Positions 13,801 to 26,760 of a DNA stretch of 64,000 nucleotides are shown one piece after another. Numbering within the stretch: position 1 is the stretch's first letter; the number at the start of each line of letters is the position of its first letter. The notes below the pieces were generated by a model, which had not been told where the DNA came from, searched no databases, and saw only the letters and a list, made by a program, of their open reading frames with translations. Source of the stretch: Octopus sinensis (Eukaryota); NCBI RefSeq assembly GCF_006345805.1, contig NC_042999.1, positions 71,734,001 through 71,798,000 on the forward strand, in the 5' to 3' direction. A program made the position numbers and the translations under genes.

Positions 13801-15268
13801 CTCAAAGCGTGTGAGTATAAATAATAGAACCAAAGATACATAAACCTATAGGAGAGATATAAATTTATATAAAAATATATTTTAAAAAATACGTATAAAA
13901 ATCACATACAAATAAGGATTACATCTAAAAAGTTATGCATGATAAATATAGGAGGCACAAAACGAATGAGTGGTTGATAAATAGAGGAATAAAAATGTCA
14001 ATCTTCAAAATGGCAGACCACCTAAATCGTCTAAAATTTCTCCTACATGTGAGATATGAGATAAAAGTTACATATACGAGCTGTAGATCATTTTATTAGG
14101 AAATTTTGATTCTGCTTATCAGTATGATGGCAGCCACCAAGGAGTACATCATCTTAATGATGGGAACATTACATACATGGAAGTTTTAATTTTTTAACCC
14201 TAACCGGTAATGTACCCTGAAACGGCCGTAGATGGAACATCCTCCTATTTTTCGGATCCTTTTTACTTACTGTTCTTAACCTTGTTATCTTGTGTCATTT
14301 TTATCTCATATCTTAGTTGTAGTTGAAATTTTAGACGATTTAGGCGGTCCGCCATTTTGAAATTTGACATTTTTATTCCAATACTTATCAACATCTCATT
14401 AGTTTTGTGCCTCCTATATTTATCACGCATAACTTTTTACATGGAATCCTTATTTATATGTGATTTTATATGTATTTTTATATATTTTACATGCTATTAT
14501 ATCTCTCCTATATTTTTATGTATGTTTGGTTTTATTCTTTAAACCTTTGGAGAATCTTTACTCCTATACATGCATGATTTGATGTGTATAAATATATATG
14601 ATTCAATTACATTGATTGAATATTTTCATTTATGTGTTCAGGAATTTGGATTTGCGTTTTCATTTTTCTCTACTTTGTATTATTTCACATTGGCTCTCTA
14701 CGAACACTTCGCAATATAGTGCATATTTTCTAACATACTTAATATTTTATATATAAAACAGGCTAAAGACAAAATACAGAAAAATGTGTGAAAAATAAGC
14801 AATAAGCTCTGTCTTTTCTAGTAAATGTGCGTATATCGACGTGTGCATGAAATTTCTTGTGCGCGTTTGTGTGTGCGAGCGTGTATGCGGGTATGTATAT
14901 ATTTTTGGCGAATGTGTGGATGAGCGTTTTTGTGTCTCAAGTGAGGGTGGATGAGTATATACTTTTACATGTACGTGGGTGTGCGGGCGCGCATGTGTGT
15001 GTATGGAAATGCCCGCTTACGCGAATACTATGAACGTTTTTACTCCCTTACCTTTACTTCCTCCTCTCCATTAGCGGTCATTCCAATAGCTCTTTTGTTT
15101 TAATAATAGTCAATCACATAGTAATCTCCCTTTGTTTAACGGTCATTGTCATTGAATTTTTTTCGATGGCCCGATAACTGAAGAGATGGCAGCGTGGGTT
15201 TCCGCCCCGACATCCAAAACTCGGAGTTTTATCATGGCTACCGAATAATTGTCACATATTATATTTAC

Positions 15269-15310
<42 letters not shown>

Positions 15311-15794
15311 AGTATGCTATAGAAAGTATGGGCTATTTACGGAGTGCTCGTTGAGAGCCAATCTGAAATGATTCAAAGTAGAGAAAAATGGAAACGCAAA
15401 TCCGAGGCAGTCAATCAAGTTCCTGAACACATAAAAACAGCATGGCTTGGAAGGTAGCCAGCACTATAGTGGCATGAAAATGGGTAGAAGCCGAAAGAAT
15501 CCACTGCAACGACATTTACGAGGCTCACAGATCTGGAGGCCAACCCTAAATGCCAGTTGCTAGTGTTGAGCGGGAAAATGTCAGTGGTGATGCATTGGAT
15601 GACGTCCCATTTCTTTGGGGGACAATGCCTATCCCATTTGTCAGCTGAGGCCATGAGGCGGTCTGAATTACAGGAAATCGAGAGAATGCAAGAATTTCGT
15701 ATTTTAATTCACATTAAATATTTTTAGCAGGTTAAACGGTTAAAAATTTGAATGTACCGGGTTGTATAAAAGTTTCCAAAATTCTTTTGAACCT

Positions 15795-15880
15795 GTTAGT
15801 TAGTTGGTTGGTTGGTTGGTTGGTTGGTTGGTTTCTTTGTTGGTTAGTTAGTTAGTTAGTTAGTTAGTTAGATAGGTAGT

Positions 15881-15970
<90 letters not shown>
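15795..15970 (+). repeat. Compound tetranucleotide microsatellite (GTTG)n(GTTA)n(GATA)n
   Basis: Directly visible. Confidence 0.97.
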
Positions 15971-15971
<1 letters not shown>

Positions 15972-16646
15972 CTTAATCAGACATATACATTTATTATTGT
16001 ATAAATATCGTGTGTGTTTCGAGATAAGTAGAAGTGGTAATGAATATACATAAGGATTTCTGATTATGTGGGGTTTGTATAAGAGAGAGAGAGAGAGAGA
16101 GAGGTGGGAGAAGAAAGAGAGGGAGAGAGAGAAAATGTGAGCCAGACAAGCAGACATAAAGATAAAACCCGTAGATTAAGCCCATTTAAATTATCGGAAT
16201 TCTTTGACGAAACAATCTGTTATTTAAATAAATAGTCTCAACGTACATTTAATTTTGCATCATGCCTATTTTTACTAACGGTATACCAGATGTTGCTCAA
16301 ACTGAAAAGTAGCCGTAAATAAACCAGAATAGTTTCGATGAATATATTTTCTGTGCCGGAAATCAAATTATTTCTGTGCTGTACTGCAGACTGTTTTCAA
16401 AATTAACAATCAATATCATAATTTAATTCTATGCATGACATATTTAATTGAAGCATATTAGGAAAAGGAAATGAAGTAAACATGAAAGCAGTTGTATTAC
16501 ATTAGAATTTGTAACTGTCAAAAGTCTGTAATCCTTTAAAATAATTTGAAAAATCAGTGGAAATCGGAGCATTTCAGATGTGAAACATTTATGTAAATAT
16601 GACCATTCTTTTAACACAGGAAAATCGGACGCGTAGAAGAAAACCA

Positions 16647-17060
16647 GGATCTTTTCGGTTTGAACGGCAGTTTTTTCTAGCGGTGTCATATGAAATTGTC
16701 ACCCATAATTATGACCCTAGTATCGATCTATTGCATTTCAATCTATTTTAGGGTTAGGGTTATGGTTAGGGGGAAGGGTATCTTTTTTTCTTCACAAATG
16801 TAAATAAACCCAATCTGTTTCTTAAACGAGGGACATATTCATACGGCACAGAATGTTTTTTACCTCAATGGACGTCAGTGATTGGTTGAAATTGCAGAAA
16901 TTGAAGAAAAAAAACAAATATCTTACAAACTATAGAATTTTCTCAATAAAGCCAAGAGAAAAAGATGTTTTATAAACACATTCTACCAGTATACGAAGTT
17001 TTAAATTTTTTAGTTACCTAGAAATTATGTTAAAAACTGCCATTCAAACCGAAAAGATCC
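16647..17060. mobile_element. Non-autonomous DNA transposon (MITE), copy 1
   Basis: About 29-bp TIRs GGATCTTTTCGGTTTGAACGGCAGTTTTT / AAAAACTGCCATTCAAACCGAAAAGATCC and an exact 8-bp TSD GAAAACCA on both sides. Confidence 0.95.
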
Positions 17061-17714
17061 GAAAACCATACATTCTGATACTGAAACTTCAATACATGCA
17101 GCGTGAGACAACTGGTTTTAAAAATGTATGTCTCAGCTTATAGTAACTTCATGGAATTTTGAAAGTGTCTGTCACCATATTATGTCTATCGTTTCAGAAA
17201 AAGTGACATAAATAATGAGAATATAGTGGATTCCAACACTTCTTTATTCTACATAATTTGAACATGACCAAAGTAAGATTTCTCAAGATGCAGTCCAATA
17301 AATATTAATATTTCTTTTGGGAATTTAATGCGTGACACAGCAAAACTTAGGCGTATTAAGCATTGAAGGAGGTTTCTAATTTCGAACTGGTATTAGCATG
17401 AGTGAAATTCTAGATGTATTTAGAGCAGCACCTTGAGTGCATCCACTAAGAATATTATCATGATTATATTTGGCATACATTTATTTACCATTAGATTTAG
17501 GCCAATGTATATTGCCGGCTGATTAACGTTACCCAACAGCATTAATAAGGGTCATTTTGTTGCTGAAAATTGTGAAACAGTAGCCTTCCAGTGAATTTTA
17601 ACATCCTATAAGCTAGTGAATAACTTCATTAGGATTCACAACAGTAGATACTAATTTGGAGACACCTGTAACATCTGCAAATTGACGGTGCCGACATTAC
17701 GGTGTGGGGTGCGA

Positions 17715-17852
<138 letters not shown>

Positions 17853-17929
17853 CGAAGTTCCAATATTTGGATGTGTGTGTTTCCTCTTTGTAATTTCACT
17901 TTTGTGAATTTTTCTCGCAATCAAGGAAG

Positions 17930-19030
17930 CCGGACTTACAGCAATATCTTAATGCGACTATTTACCGGTGGTTGCATACCCAAGACATTTTTACACATTA
18001 CGTCTGTTACTTATCACCATTACGATTATTGGCTTCTTGGTCAATTTGAACAAGATGCTCTCATTCCTGACCCGTCCAGTTTTGTTGGTGCAATTATGCA
18101 CCTTCAGTATATTGGCGGTCTCCTCTATATCATAAAGAATGGCCGCCACCAGTCAGCATACATTATTTCGGGGGACACCTCCCCAATTTTAATCTTCGTC
18201 ACGCGCCAACCAAGGTATGTCGGCACGAGCAGTAATTCATCTGTTTTAGGGGCACAGTGGAATGCTGTCTTGCTTCCTTCTCTGTAGCAAAATGCACTTC
18301 CACCGTGCCGAAACGCTTTCCTCTTGTCACATACGGTTTGTTGGTCCAAATCGATCTGGGGGCCATTTCCAACTGTTGTTGGCTGGCTCGTTCTACTCTC
18401 TTCTTTTTGAAAACTCTGTATATTACTGATTTTTGATCCGTCGCCTTTATTAATTCCTTAGGAGTGTTTAGGAAGGCATTGTTTCCTTCTTTCCTTAATA
18501 ACTCCTTTGCATTTTGCAGTTCACTTTTTGTTAAATTCAACAACTCTTTTGTCTGCTCTGCTGCCGAGGCGAAACCGTTGTCGATAGATTTGCTGTTTAT
18601 GTTTGCGGTGTCAGTGTCATTGTTTTTTGTTTCTTTTCTTTCTTCCTCCTCTTTTTGGGGAACAATTTCTTGGTTTGCTATATTTTGTTTGTTGTTGGTG
18701 GTGGTGGCATAACTGCCCTCGTGATTGTACTGCTTAGAAGGGGAAATTTTGAATGTCAGAACAGCCATTGCCACTCTGCTCGACAGAAGAAGACATCTTA
18801 TTTTTTTCGTGAAACAAAAAAACAAAATATTTTTTAAATGGACAAAATGTCCAAAATTCGCCCCTGAAAGGAGGAAATTTTGAACAAAAGAACCCCTTCT
18901 GCACACCAAAAGGGGTTCGAAAAACAAACCAACAAACAAAGAGTCAATAAACTTGAAAAATAACAACTAATTTCAAACTGACGGAGCTTAGAAAAATACG
19001 TCTTACCTCGACGACAACAACGACAACTAT
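17930..19030 (-). mobile_element. L1/Tx1-like LINE 5' UTR plus ORF1 relic (RRM-like region, degenerate zinc knuckle)
   Basis: ATG at 18768. The reading includes RGKRFGTVEVHFATEKEA, then after a frameshift LLLVPTYLGWRVTKIKIGEVSPEI, then a degenerate CK.CLGY near 17970. No ORF2 follows. Confidence 0.65.
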
Positions 19031-19799
19031 AATAATAATAATAATATCTATAAGTGAAATGCTTTATGCAGATTCAATTCTAGTCGACAAAATTCAGTGA
19101 AAGCATGTAAGTCACTGATTAAATTGTTCTCTTCTAATAACATGCTTGGCATTGAACTCAGGACAAATAAGCCAATATATAAACGGTTGACGAAATGCAT
19201 AAATTAGGAGGATTCATGAATGGAATTACAAGTCCCAGTTGAAATAGATATAATTCATTCGGTATGATTGTACTTTGAATGAGTAGGTCACTATTTCAGC
19301 CTCATTCATTATTATATTGGCATGTATAAATTCCGAAGTTTCTAGGCAAACAGTATCGGAGAGCAAAAAGAGGATTGTTTGCTAATGCTCGATCTTCAAG
19401 AAATAGCAGCTTAATGTCTGTACCTACATCGAATTATTTTGTAAAAAGAAGAAAAAAATTAAATGATATATGATAATCTGGTTTTAGATAGATTGTTTTG
19501 AGAAAATGCAAAATTGATGCAGGCCAGAAATTTTTGATCATATTTTTGATATACGATAATAGTATCATTTATCATTGAGAAATGAATCTAATAGTAGGAA
19601 AGCGGTAAACTGTTATGGCAGTAGGTTATGGATTAAATATATGTAAATACTTTCCTCTGAGTTAAAGTATTGCTGGTGCCTACTCTTCGCTTTTGTTTTT
19701 GGTGCCGGTAAATAAAACAAGTATGAGCCTCTTGAAACTGAATTGCACCTTGTAGTAAATCGAAATAACACACAATCAGTATTATAAACTATTATAAAA

Positions 19800-19985
19800 G
19801 GCGGCGAGCTGGCAGAATCGTTAGCGCGCTGAGCAAAATGCTTACCGACATTTCTGCCGAGGTAAACTTAACTGTTCATCCTTTTGTGGTCGATGAAATA
19901 AGTACCAGTTGAACACTGGGGTCGACGCGCTTAACTCAACCCCTTCCCCGAAATTGCTGACCTTGTGCCAAAAATTGAAACCAAT
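19800..19985 (+). mobile_element. tRNA-derived SINE with internal deletion
   Basis: ggcggcgagctggcagaatcgttagc head and aagtaccagttgaacactggggtcga core shared with 3822-4217. Confidence 0.85.
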
Positions 19986-21473
19986 CGTAGAAACTGCTAA
20001 TGATATTGTGCAATATATTTATTTCACTGATGCAATATTGAATGTAAACAACGCTTTCCGACGTTGTACTCTCTTCAAAAACATATCGATCTACAAAACG
20101 ACACTGCAGTAATACTGATTTGAAGACATTTTTATACTAATAAAAATGCTTATCTTCCCTATACTATACATGTAGTTTGGAATAATTCAACTGTAAGAAC
20201 AAAATCCTATATTACTTAACACGCGTTAAGAAATACCACGGAAAATATGATATAATTATTTCAAATGTAAATGTGTGATGAAAGAACGAGTGCATAAAAC
20301 AGGAAATGCATGTTCTACTTTCAGCATGGCATCCTTAATTGATATGAACAGCTATGGAATTAGTCGTGTCTGCAAGATGAGAGTGGACTTCCTTTCAAAC
20401 TGACTTTAATACTTAGTTTTAACTATACGTTTAGAATATGTCAAGCGATGTTTATTGACTGATGAAGTACATGTGATACTGATGTACTTATGATATTGTA
20501 TATGCCGGAATGTTAAAATATATCTATACACGTTATTTCCTCTGCCGTTACATTCTAAGTTCAAATTCCGTCGAGGTCGATTTTGCCTTTCATCTATTGT
20601 CTGTCTGTCTTCGTGTGTCCCCTTCGTGGGCAATAAATAAATAAATAAATATATCTATACACTTTTATATAGCAACATTATCGAATAAATCGTATACAAT
20701 TTAAATTGTCGTACATTCAGATACGACAATAATTGTTTTTGAAAACATGCATACCATTCCCAGGGAGAACAAAGCAAGTTTCGTTTACAAAGATTTTGTT
20801 GTACTAGACATAAGAGAGCATGGTAGATTTTAATCATTAACATATGAGTATAAATTAAGGTACACATTTTATCAATCCAAGCTAGTTGAAAATCTCGGGA
20901 GACGACGGTAGGATGCGAACTCAAATAGTAGCTTAATAAAAGTGAACATTTAAAGCACGCATACAGAATCCAAATTCTCTATTCCATTCCGAATCGTATT
21001 TAAATTTAATAAATTTGTTATTACATTCCATATCGTATTTAGATTTAAGTACTTTTTATTTAATTTTTTAATCTATGTATTTTGATTTATAAAATCATGT
21101 AAAATTTTAATGATTACTAAGAAGACAACAAATGTAATGAGTAAAACGAAAATATGTTACTCCAAAGACCCCCACCTGGACGGACTATGATATTTGATCC
21201 AGAACCGTTATAAAAGAAATAAAAACCAGTCCCTTCCTTTCTTTCCCTCTTTTTTTGTGTGTGTATTCTTTTTTCATTCTATCGAACATTTTTATGGAAG
21301 TTACCTTCAGAAATCTAGCGGACATGTATGCAAGTACATCCATATGTAATGCCAGAGCAGTAGAAGAATATGTGAAGACCTTACAATATTTTCTTTGTTC
21401 TTTTGCCTGATGGTTAAAAAATATTTCCTTTGCTTAGAGTTCCAGCCAATAATTACCAACCATCACAGTACCA

Positions 21474-21889
21474 GGATCTTTTCGGTTTGAACGGCAGTTT
21501 TTTCTAGCGGTGTCACATGAAATTGTCACCCATAATTATGACCCTAGTATCGATCTATTGCATTTCAATCTGTTTTAGGGTTAGTGTTAGGGGTGGGGGG
21601 AAGGGTATCTTTTTTCTTCACAAATGTAAATAAACCCAATCTGTTTCTTAAACGAGGGACATATTCATATGGCACATAATGTTTTTTACCTCAATAAACA
21701 TCATTGATTGGTTGAAATTGCAGAAATTGAAGAAAAAAACAACAAATATCCTACAAACTATAGAATTTTCTCAATAAAGCCAAGAGAAAAAGATGTTTTA
21801 TAAACACATTCTACCAGTATACGACGTTTAAAAGTGTTTAGTTACGTGGAAATTATTTTAAAAAACTGCCGTTCAAACCGAAAAGATCC
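21474..21889. mobile_element. Non-autonomous DNA transposon (MITE), copy 2
   Basis: Same TIRs and highly similar interior to 16647-17060. The 8-bp TSD is CAGTACCA / CAGTACCG. Confidence 0.95.
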
Positions 21890-23223
21890 CAGTACCGTAC
21901 AATCATCTATCTATTTTACAAACATCTTTAATCTTGTACCACTATGAAAAATCATTACATAAGATTGTCGATATTATAAATTGATTTAGTGTGGAAACAA
22001 GATGAGAGATTATTAATTCCAGTCCTAAGCATAATAAGGGTAATAAGCGTACATTGGTCTAGAATATGAGACGACTTTTTACAAAACTAAAACTAAACAG
22101 AAACTAATAAAAAGTAATCGCCAATTGTTCCGTTTTATGTTAGGTTGTTAAGGTAATTTCTACAATGCCCGAAAATATTTGAAAGACACTAAAGAGAAGT
22201 AATTGATTAAGTGTTGCTTTATGAAGAGTAAAGCTAATTTTTAATTATGTCAGGGGTAGTACTTACATATACAATTAAAACAAACTAGTCTTTTATCTAC
22301 TCATTCATTTGAAAGAAACTTTCAGACGCAAAAATATTAGTATGTAATTAGCTGTAATTACATTTCCCAGAAGGGCAATATTTAGTGGACATGGCAAACA
22401 CCGGATAAAATGTTTCCTATACTTGAGGAACTGAGAAATTATATTCGATAATTAGCCTGATTCTTGTCTCTGTTCGTCAAAAGTTTTGCATTCTACTTGT
22501 TGGTTTTCTATTAGAAGCTATGAATATCGATTATTTCCATGTCTGTGATTAGTCTAACTGAGAATATATATTGCTACACACCAGACATGAGGAGAATTTG
22601 TCTCTTAAAATAGAGCGCATTACCAAAAGAAAAGTTGACTGTGACATACGAAGGAACACGGATCTGCTGTAGCATGCTGGCGGGGGGTTGGCTTTCTGGG
22701 TGACCCTTTCGGAGAACTATAGCAACGACTTGACTTCACACTACGCAGTTGAAACATTTCATTCATTTAGAACTATAGACTCGGCGGGCGATGAGATTGT
22801 ACAATGGTATTTATCTAAATCGTTGTTTATCTGCAGCTATGTAACCTGTGCGAGAAATACTGAAGTTTATCATCGGTGCTGGTAATAAGACACATTATTA
22901 CCAACACATCAACATTATTACATAACCGCCAAGACAGTTATATCTGTATTGTATCTAAATTAAGAATCAACAAATTTCCCTTGATACTTTCCAGTCGATG
23001 TTAAGCCAAATAAAATCTGTGTAGTATCTTGAATATATGATCAGACCTCTCATAGATTCGCTTCTTATTAAAATGCTTTTATGCATCAATAACAGGCATT
23101 CTATCGCTGGTAGACAGGCGTGATAAATAGGTTTCATAGAAAAAGATAAACATGAATCCAGTATATTATTTTCATATATATATATGAAGAGTTTACGAAA
23201 AAAACAAAAGACGAAGATAGGTG

Positions 23224-23327
<104 letters not shown>

Positions 23328-23406
23328 TGTATAACCGTTATACTAATACATATGTTTGTTTTGTACACCACCTGTCTTCATCTTTTGTTTTTTTCGTGAA
23401 CTCTCG

Positions 23407-23482
<76 letters not shown>

Positions 23483-24225
23483 GTATGTATGTTTACAGCA
23501 ACTACGAACAGCGTGGGAGTAACAATATACAATATTGCTTTAAGGCACGGACACATAGGTATATATCAAATCATTTACTAGCATATGTTGTTAGCAAATT
23601 GATACATACTGTTAAAGCTACATAAAAACACGTTCAAAATGGCACATAAATACACTAATCTCTTTAACACGCTCTCTTCTTGGCTTCTTTCGTCACTTGG
23701 AGAGCTATTTTAAAATTTCCTCTCACTCTTTTTAAAAATAGAAACTACATCCTTTGGTTTTCTTCATTTCTTTTCCCACTATCTGAAGAAAGGGAATGTC
23801 TGAATCGTAATATGCATTTTCTTCAATGTCAAGTTAGTAAAATTTTAAACATATAAAAGAAACCTCAAATGTTGCTCAGTAGTCGAAAATGCTTTGAGGC
23901 AGTGTGATACATGTAGCCATCCTTTGTTTTCCTGATGATAGGCTTGCACGCATTTATTTCGTAGCGAAGTGCAACAAATGTTATAAGCTTTGTATTTTTT
24001 TAATACTTGTTACTTCAGCATTTTAGGAAAATCATATGTGCGTTCAGGTTACGAGTGTGGACTGTGTGAGGGATTCGAATGTATCAACGAATTTGGTGTT
24101 TTAGTATGTTTAACAAGAAAATGGCGAGACAACCTTGGTAAAGTGGTGTAAAATGGAAGGAGTATGTGTATGTGAGTATATATATATATATATATATATT
24201 TGTGTGTGTGTGTATGCGTGTATTC

Positions 24226-24258
<33 letters not shown>

Positions 24259-24393
24259 AGAAAATAGTAAAGTGTGAAAAAACGACAGAAGGCTTAAATG
24301 TTATAAAATATATATATTTGTGTCAAAATGTCTGGAGAATATTGGAAAAATTTTTTTCCTTTCCTTAAAATGACATAATTTTAAAATTTTTAA

Positions 24394-24752
24394 TACCTTT
24401 TAGTGAGCACATTGAGAAATGCGCAAAGCAACTACTGCCACAATTTTTAATCTTCCCATTTTACCAATGTGCTTTCGGATCATCAACACAAATGAGACTG
24501 AACAAGGAAACATTCTTCATTGAAAAGTACAAACCCAGACTCAACCATCCGAACATACTGACACAGAGAAATTAACAAGGAAATGGGAAAAAAAATTTTG
24601 TAAGCGATTATCTCCCCTACACCGGAAAAAATCACTCACTACCTCCCCTTATTTAGAAATCTCCTGGAAATAAAAACAACGATAATTCCATACAATATAA
24701 ACATAACGTCACAAGAAATTTGAAAAGCTACACGCGAAACCGGTAATTTCTT
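24394..24752 (+). mobile_element. PLE extreme 3' coding end and 3' UTR with hammerhead relic
   Basis: HIEKCAKQLLPQFLIFPFYQCAFGSSTQMRLNKETFFIEKYKPRLN (GIY-YIG C-terminus, same family as 39990-40460). Confidence 0.8.
24713..24752 (+). ncRNA. Degenerate minimal type I hammerhead ribozyme (PLE-associated)
   Basis: AAGAAAT-ttgaaaa-gc tacac gc-GAAAC cg GTA-ATTTCTT: perfect 7-bp stem I; core CTGANGA mutated to TTGAAAA. Confidence 0.55.
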
Positions 24753-24959
24753 TAAAAATTTTAAAATTATGTCATTTTAAGGAAAGGAAAAAAATTTTTC
24801 CAATATTCTCCAGACATTTTGACACAAATATATATATTTTATAACATTTAAGCCTTCTGTCGTTTTTTCACACTTTACTATTTTCTTATATATTCACCCA
24901 CGTGCTTTACCAAACAAACTTTCTTATTTATGTATATATATATATATATATATTATATA

Positions 24960-25040
<81 letters not shown>

Positions 25041-25042
<2 letters not shown>

Positions 25043-25187
25043 GGAGAAGATCCTGATCAATTCATCAATGAAAGATGTACCCATTCCAACTAGGGACCAC
25101 TACACTAAAGAGTTTATTTACAGAATGAACGAGTTTATACGCAGGATTAGATGGAAAGTATTCCACAACGATTATCTTACTTATTGA
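25041..25187 (+). mobile_element. PLE ORF N-terminal fragment
   Basis: MEKILINSSMKDVPIPTRDHYTKEFIYRMNEFIRRIRWKVFH resembles the S(L/M)KNIPxP...E.FIKRMRWKA start of PLE proteins (recalled motif, not searched). Confidence 0.6.
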
Positions 25188-25327
25188 TGTATATTGTTTT
25201 ATTCTGTCTTATTCTGTTGGATTTGGATGTTCCTATTTAATCTAAATAATTGGTTAATAAATTATATGAAGTGGTATTATCTGGAAGTCGATGATTGAAA
25301 GAAATCTATTCCTCCATTTTCTTATTT

Positions 25328-25377
<50 letters not shown>

Positions 25378-25380
<3 letters not shown>

Positions 25381-25630
25381 TGTCCCACTTTCTATGTGCC
25401 CTACTTCCAGTCATTTCAAAAATGTAACTACTCGTGAACGGTAGCCGATTATTTTCCTTCAGTGACCTTTCCTTTGGACTTTCCCATGTCTCTTGTGTCC
25501 GAAGAAGAGCTATGCTCGAAATATATAACAACCACTCCTTTCGTTCATTGAGCGTCTTATTAATACTTTATATGTGCTACGTCCTCACGTTGTTATTTGT
25601 TTCTTGACTTTTTCTCCGTTTTATTGTAAC
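25378..25630 (+). mobile_element. Short PLE terminal-repeat-derived element between microsatellites, with degenerate hammerhead
   Basis: ccgaagaaGAGCtatGCTCgaaat at about 25498-25525; 3' part related to 7027-7185. Confidence 0.6.
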
Positions 25631-25634
25631 TACA

Positions 25635-25680
<46 letters not shown>

Positions 25681-25742
25681 CATATATACACACAAACACA
25701 CATACACATACACACACATGCATATATATATATATATATATG

Positions 25743-25838
<96 letters not shown>

Positions 25839-26399
25839 TGGTAAAAACGGTAAGATAACAAAAGAAAGAAAGAGACCTCAATATTATGTAAATAGAGGAA
25901 ATTTACCTATAAAATAATATGTTACATTACTCAATAGTCAAGATAAAACTCTGAGTTTCAGATGTCGAAGTGGAAATCCACAACACCATCTCTTCGGTTA
26001 TCTGGCCATCTGAAAAACGCTATGGAAAAATACCGTTATACAAAAGGAAATTACTGTATTATAATTCTGCTCGCGAACCCACGTGCGTACTTATACGTCA
26101 CTATGAAAACGTACGCATCTTCACTCGCATTTTTCGCCAAATATATACGCATATATATACACACTCATACACACACATATGCGTACCGTAAAAGTTCATG
26201 CATACGTCTATATACGCACAAGCACAAGAAAAACCATGGTTTTTCTTATGCCCGCACACACGCACACATCTAAAACTGTCCACTCATACATATTCACACA
26301 CGTGTACAAATGAATCTATATACACGTCTATATAGGCACAGGAGAAAATGCAGGATAGAAAAGTACAGAAAAAATTAATATTTGTGAAAATATAAAAAT

Positions 26400-26760
26400 A
26401 TATGAAATCATAAAAGGTATAATGAGATAAAAAACTTTTTGGGACATATCATAGAAAGCATGTCCTATCTGTTTTCTTTAGGGGACCAAAAACGTAACAA
26501 AAATTTAGTCACATTTGGGCATAATCCGAAAAGTTCTGTCTTTGAGTTTAGACATGAAGTAGGGTCTAAGCTGCTTTTCCAGATAAGCCATCTCTCCATG
26601 TCGCATAGACCGCACCTTCCGCTGCCGTTAGTATAGGGCTTACATTTGGCCAAAATCTTCCAATGTATGTTATAATCGACACCTTTATCTTTTAAAGACC
26701 AAATATGATTAGATAATTTTGTCGCTTTTCTTTTCTTACAGTGCCTAAAACTCAAGGTGT
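26400..26760 (-). mobile_element. PLE GIY-YIG C-terminal fragment
   Basis: KATKLSNHIWSLKDKGVDYNIHWKILAKCKPYTNGSGRCGLCDMERWLI, a typical PLE endonuclease C-terminus with CxLC. Confidence 0.88.

Noticed and set aside
15480-15660. Possible LINE C-terminal zinc knuckle (PKCQL...HFFGGQC)
   Set aside because: Motif spacing is wrong and no flanking RT motifs were recognised.
16745-16780. TTAGGG as a true telomere or fusion scar
   Set aside because: Only 3-4 degenerate units, present in both MITE copies, so element-borne.
22560-22930. GC-richer unique segment as a possible exon or promoter
   Set aside because: No open frame with matching splice sites and no recognisable motif on either strand.
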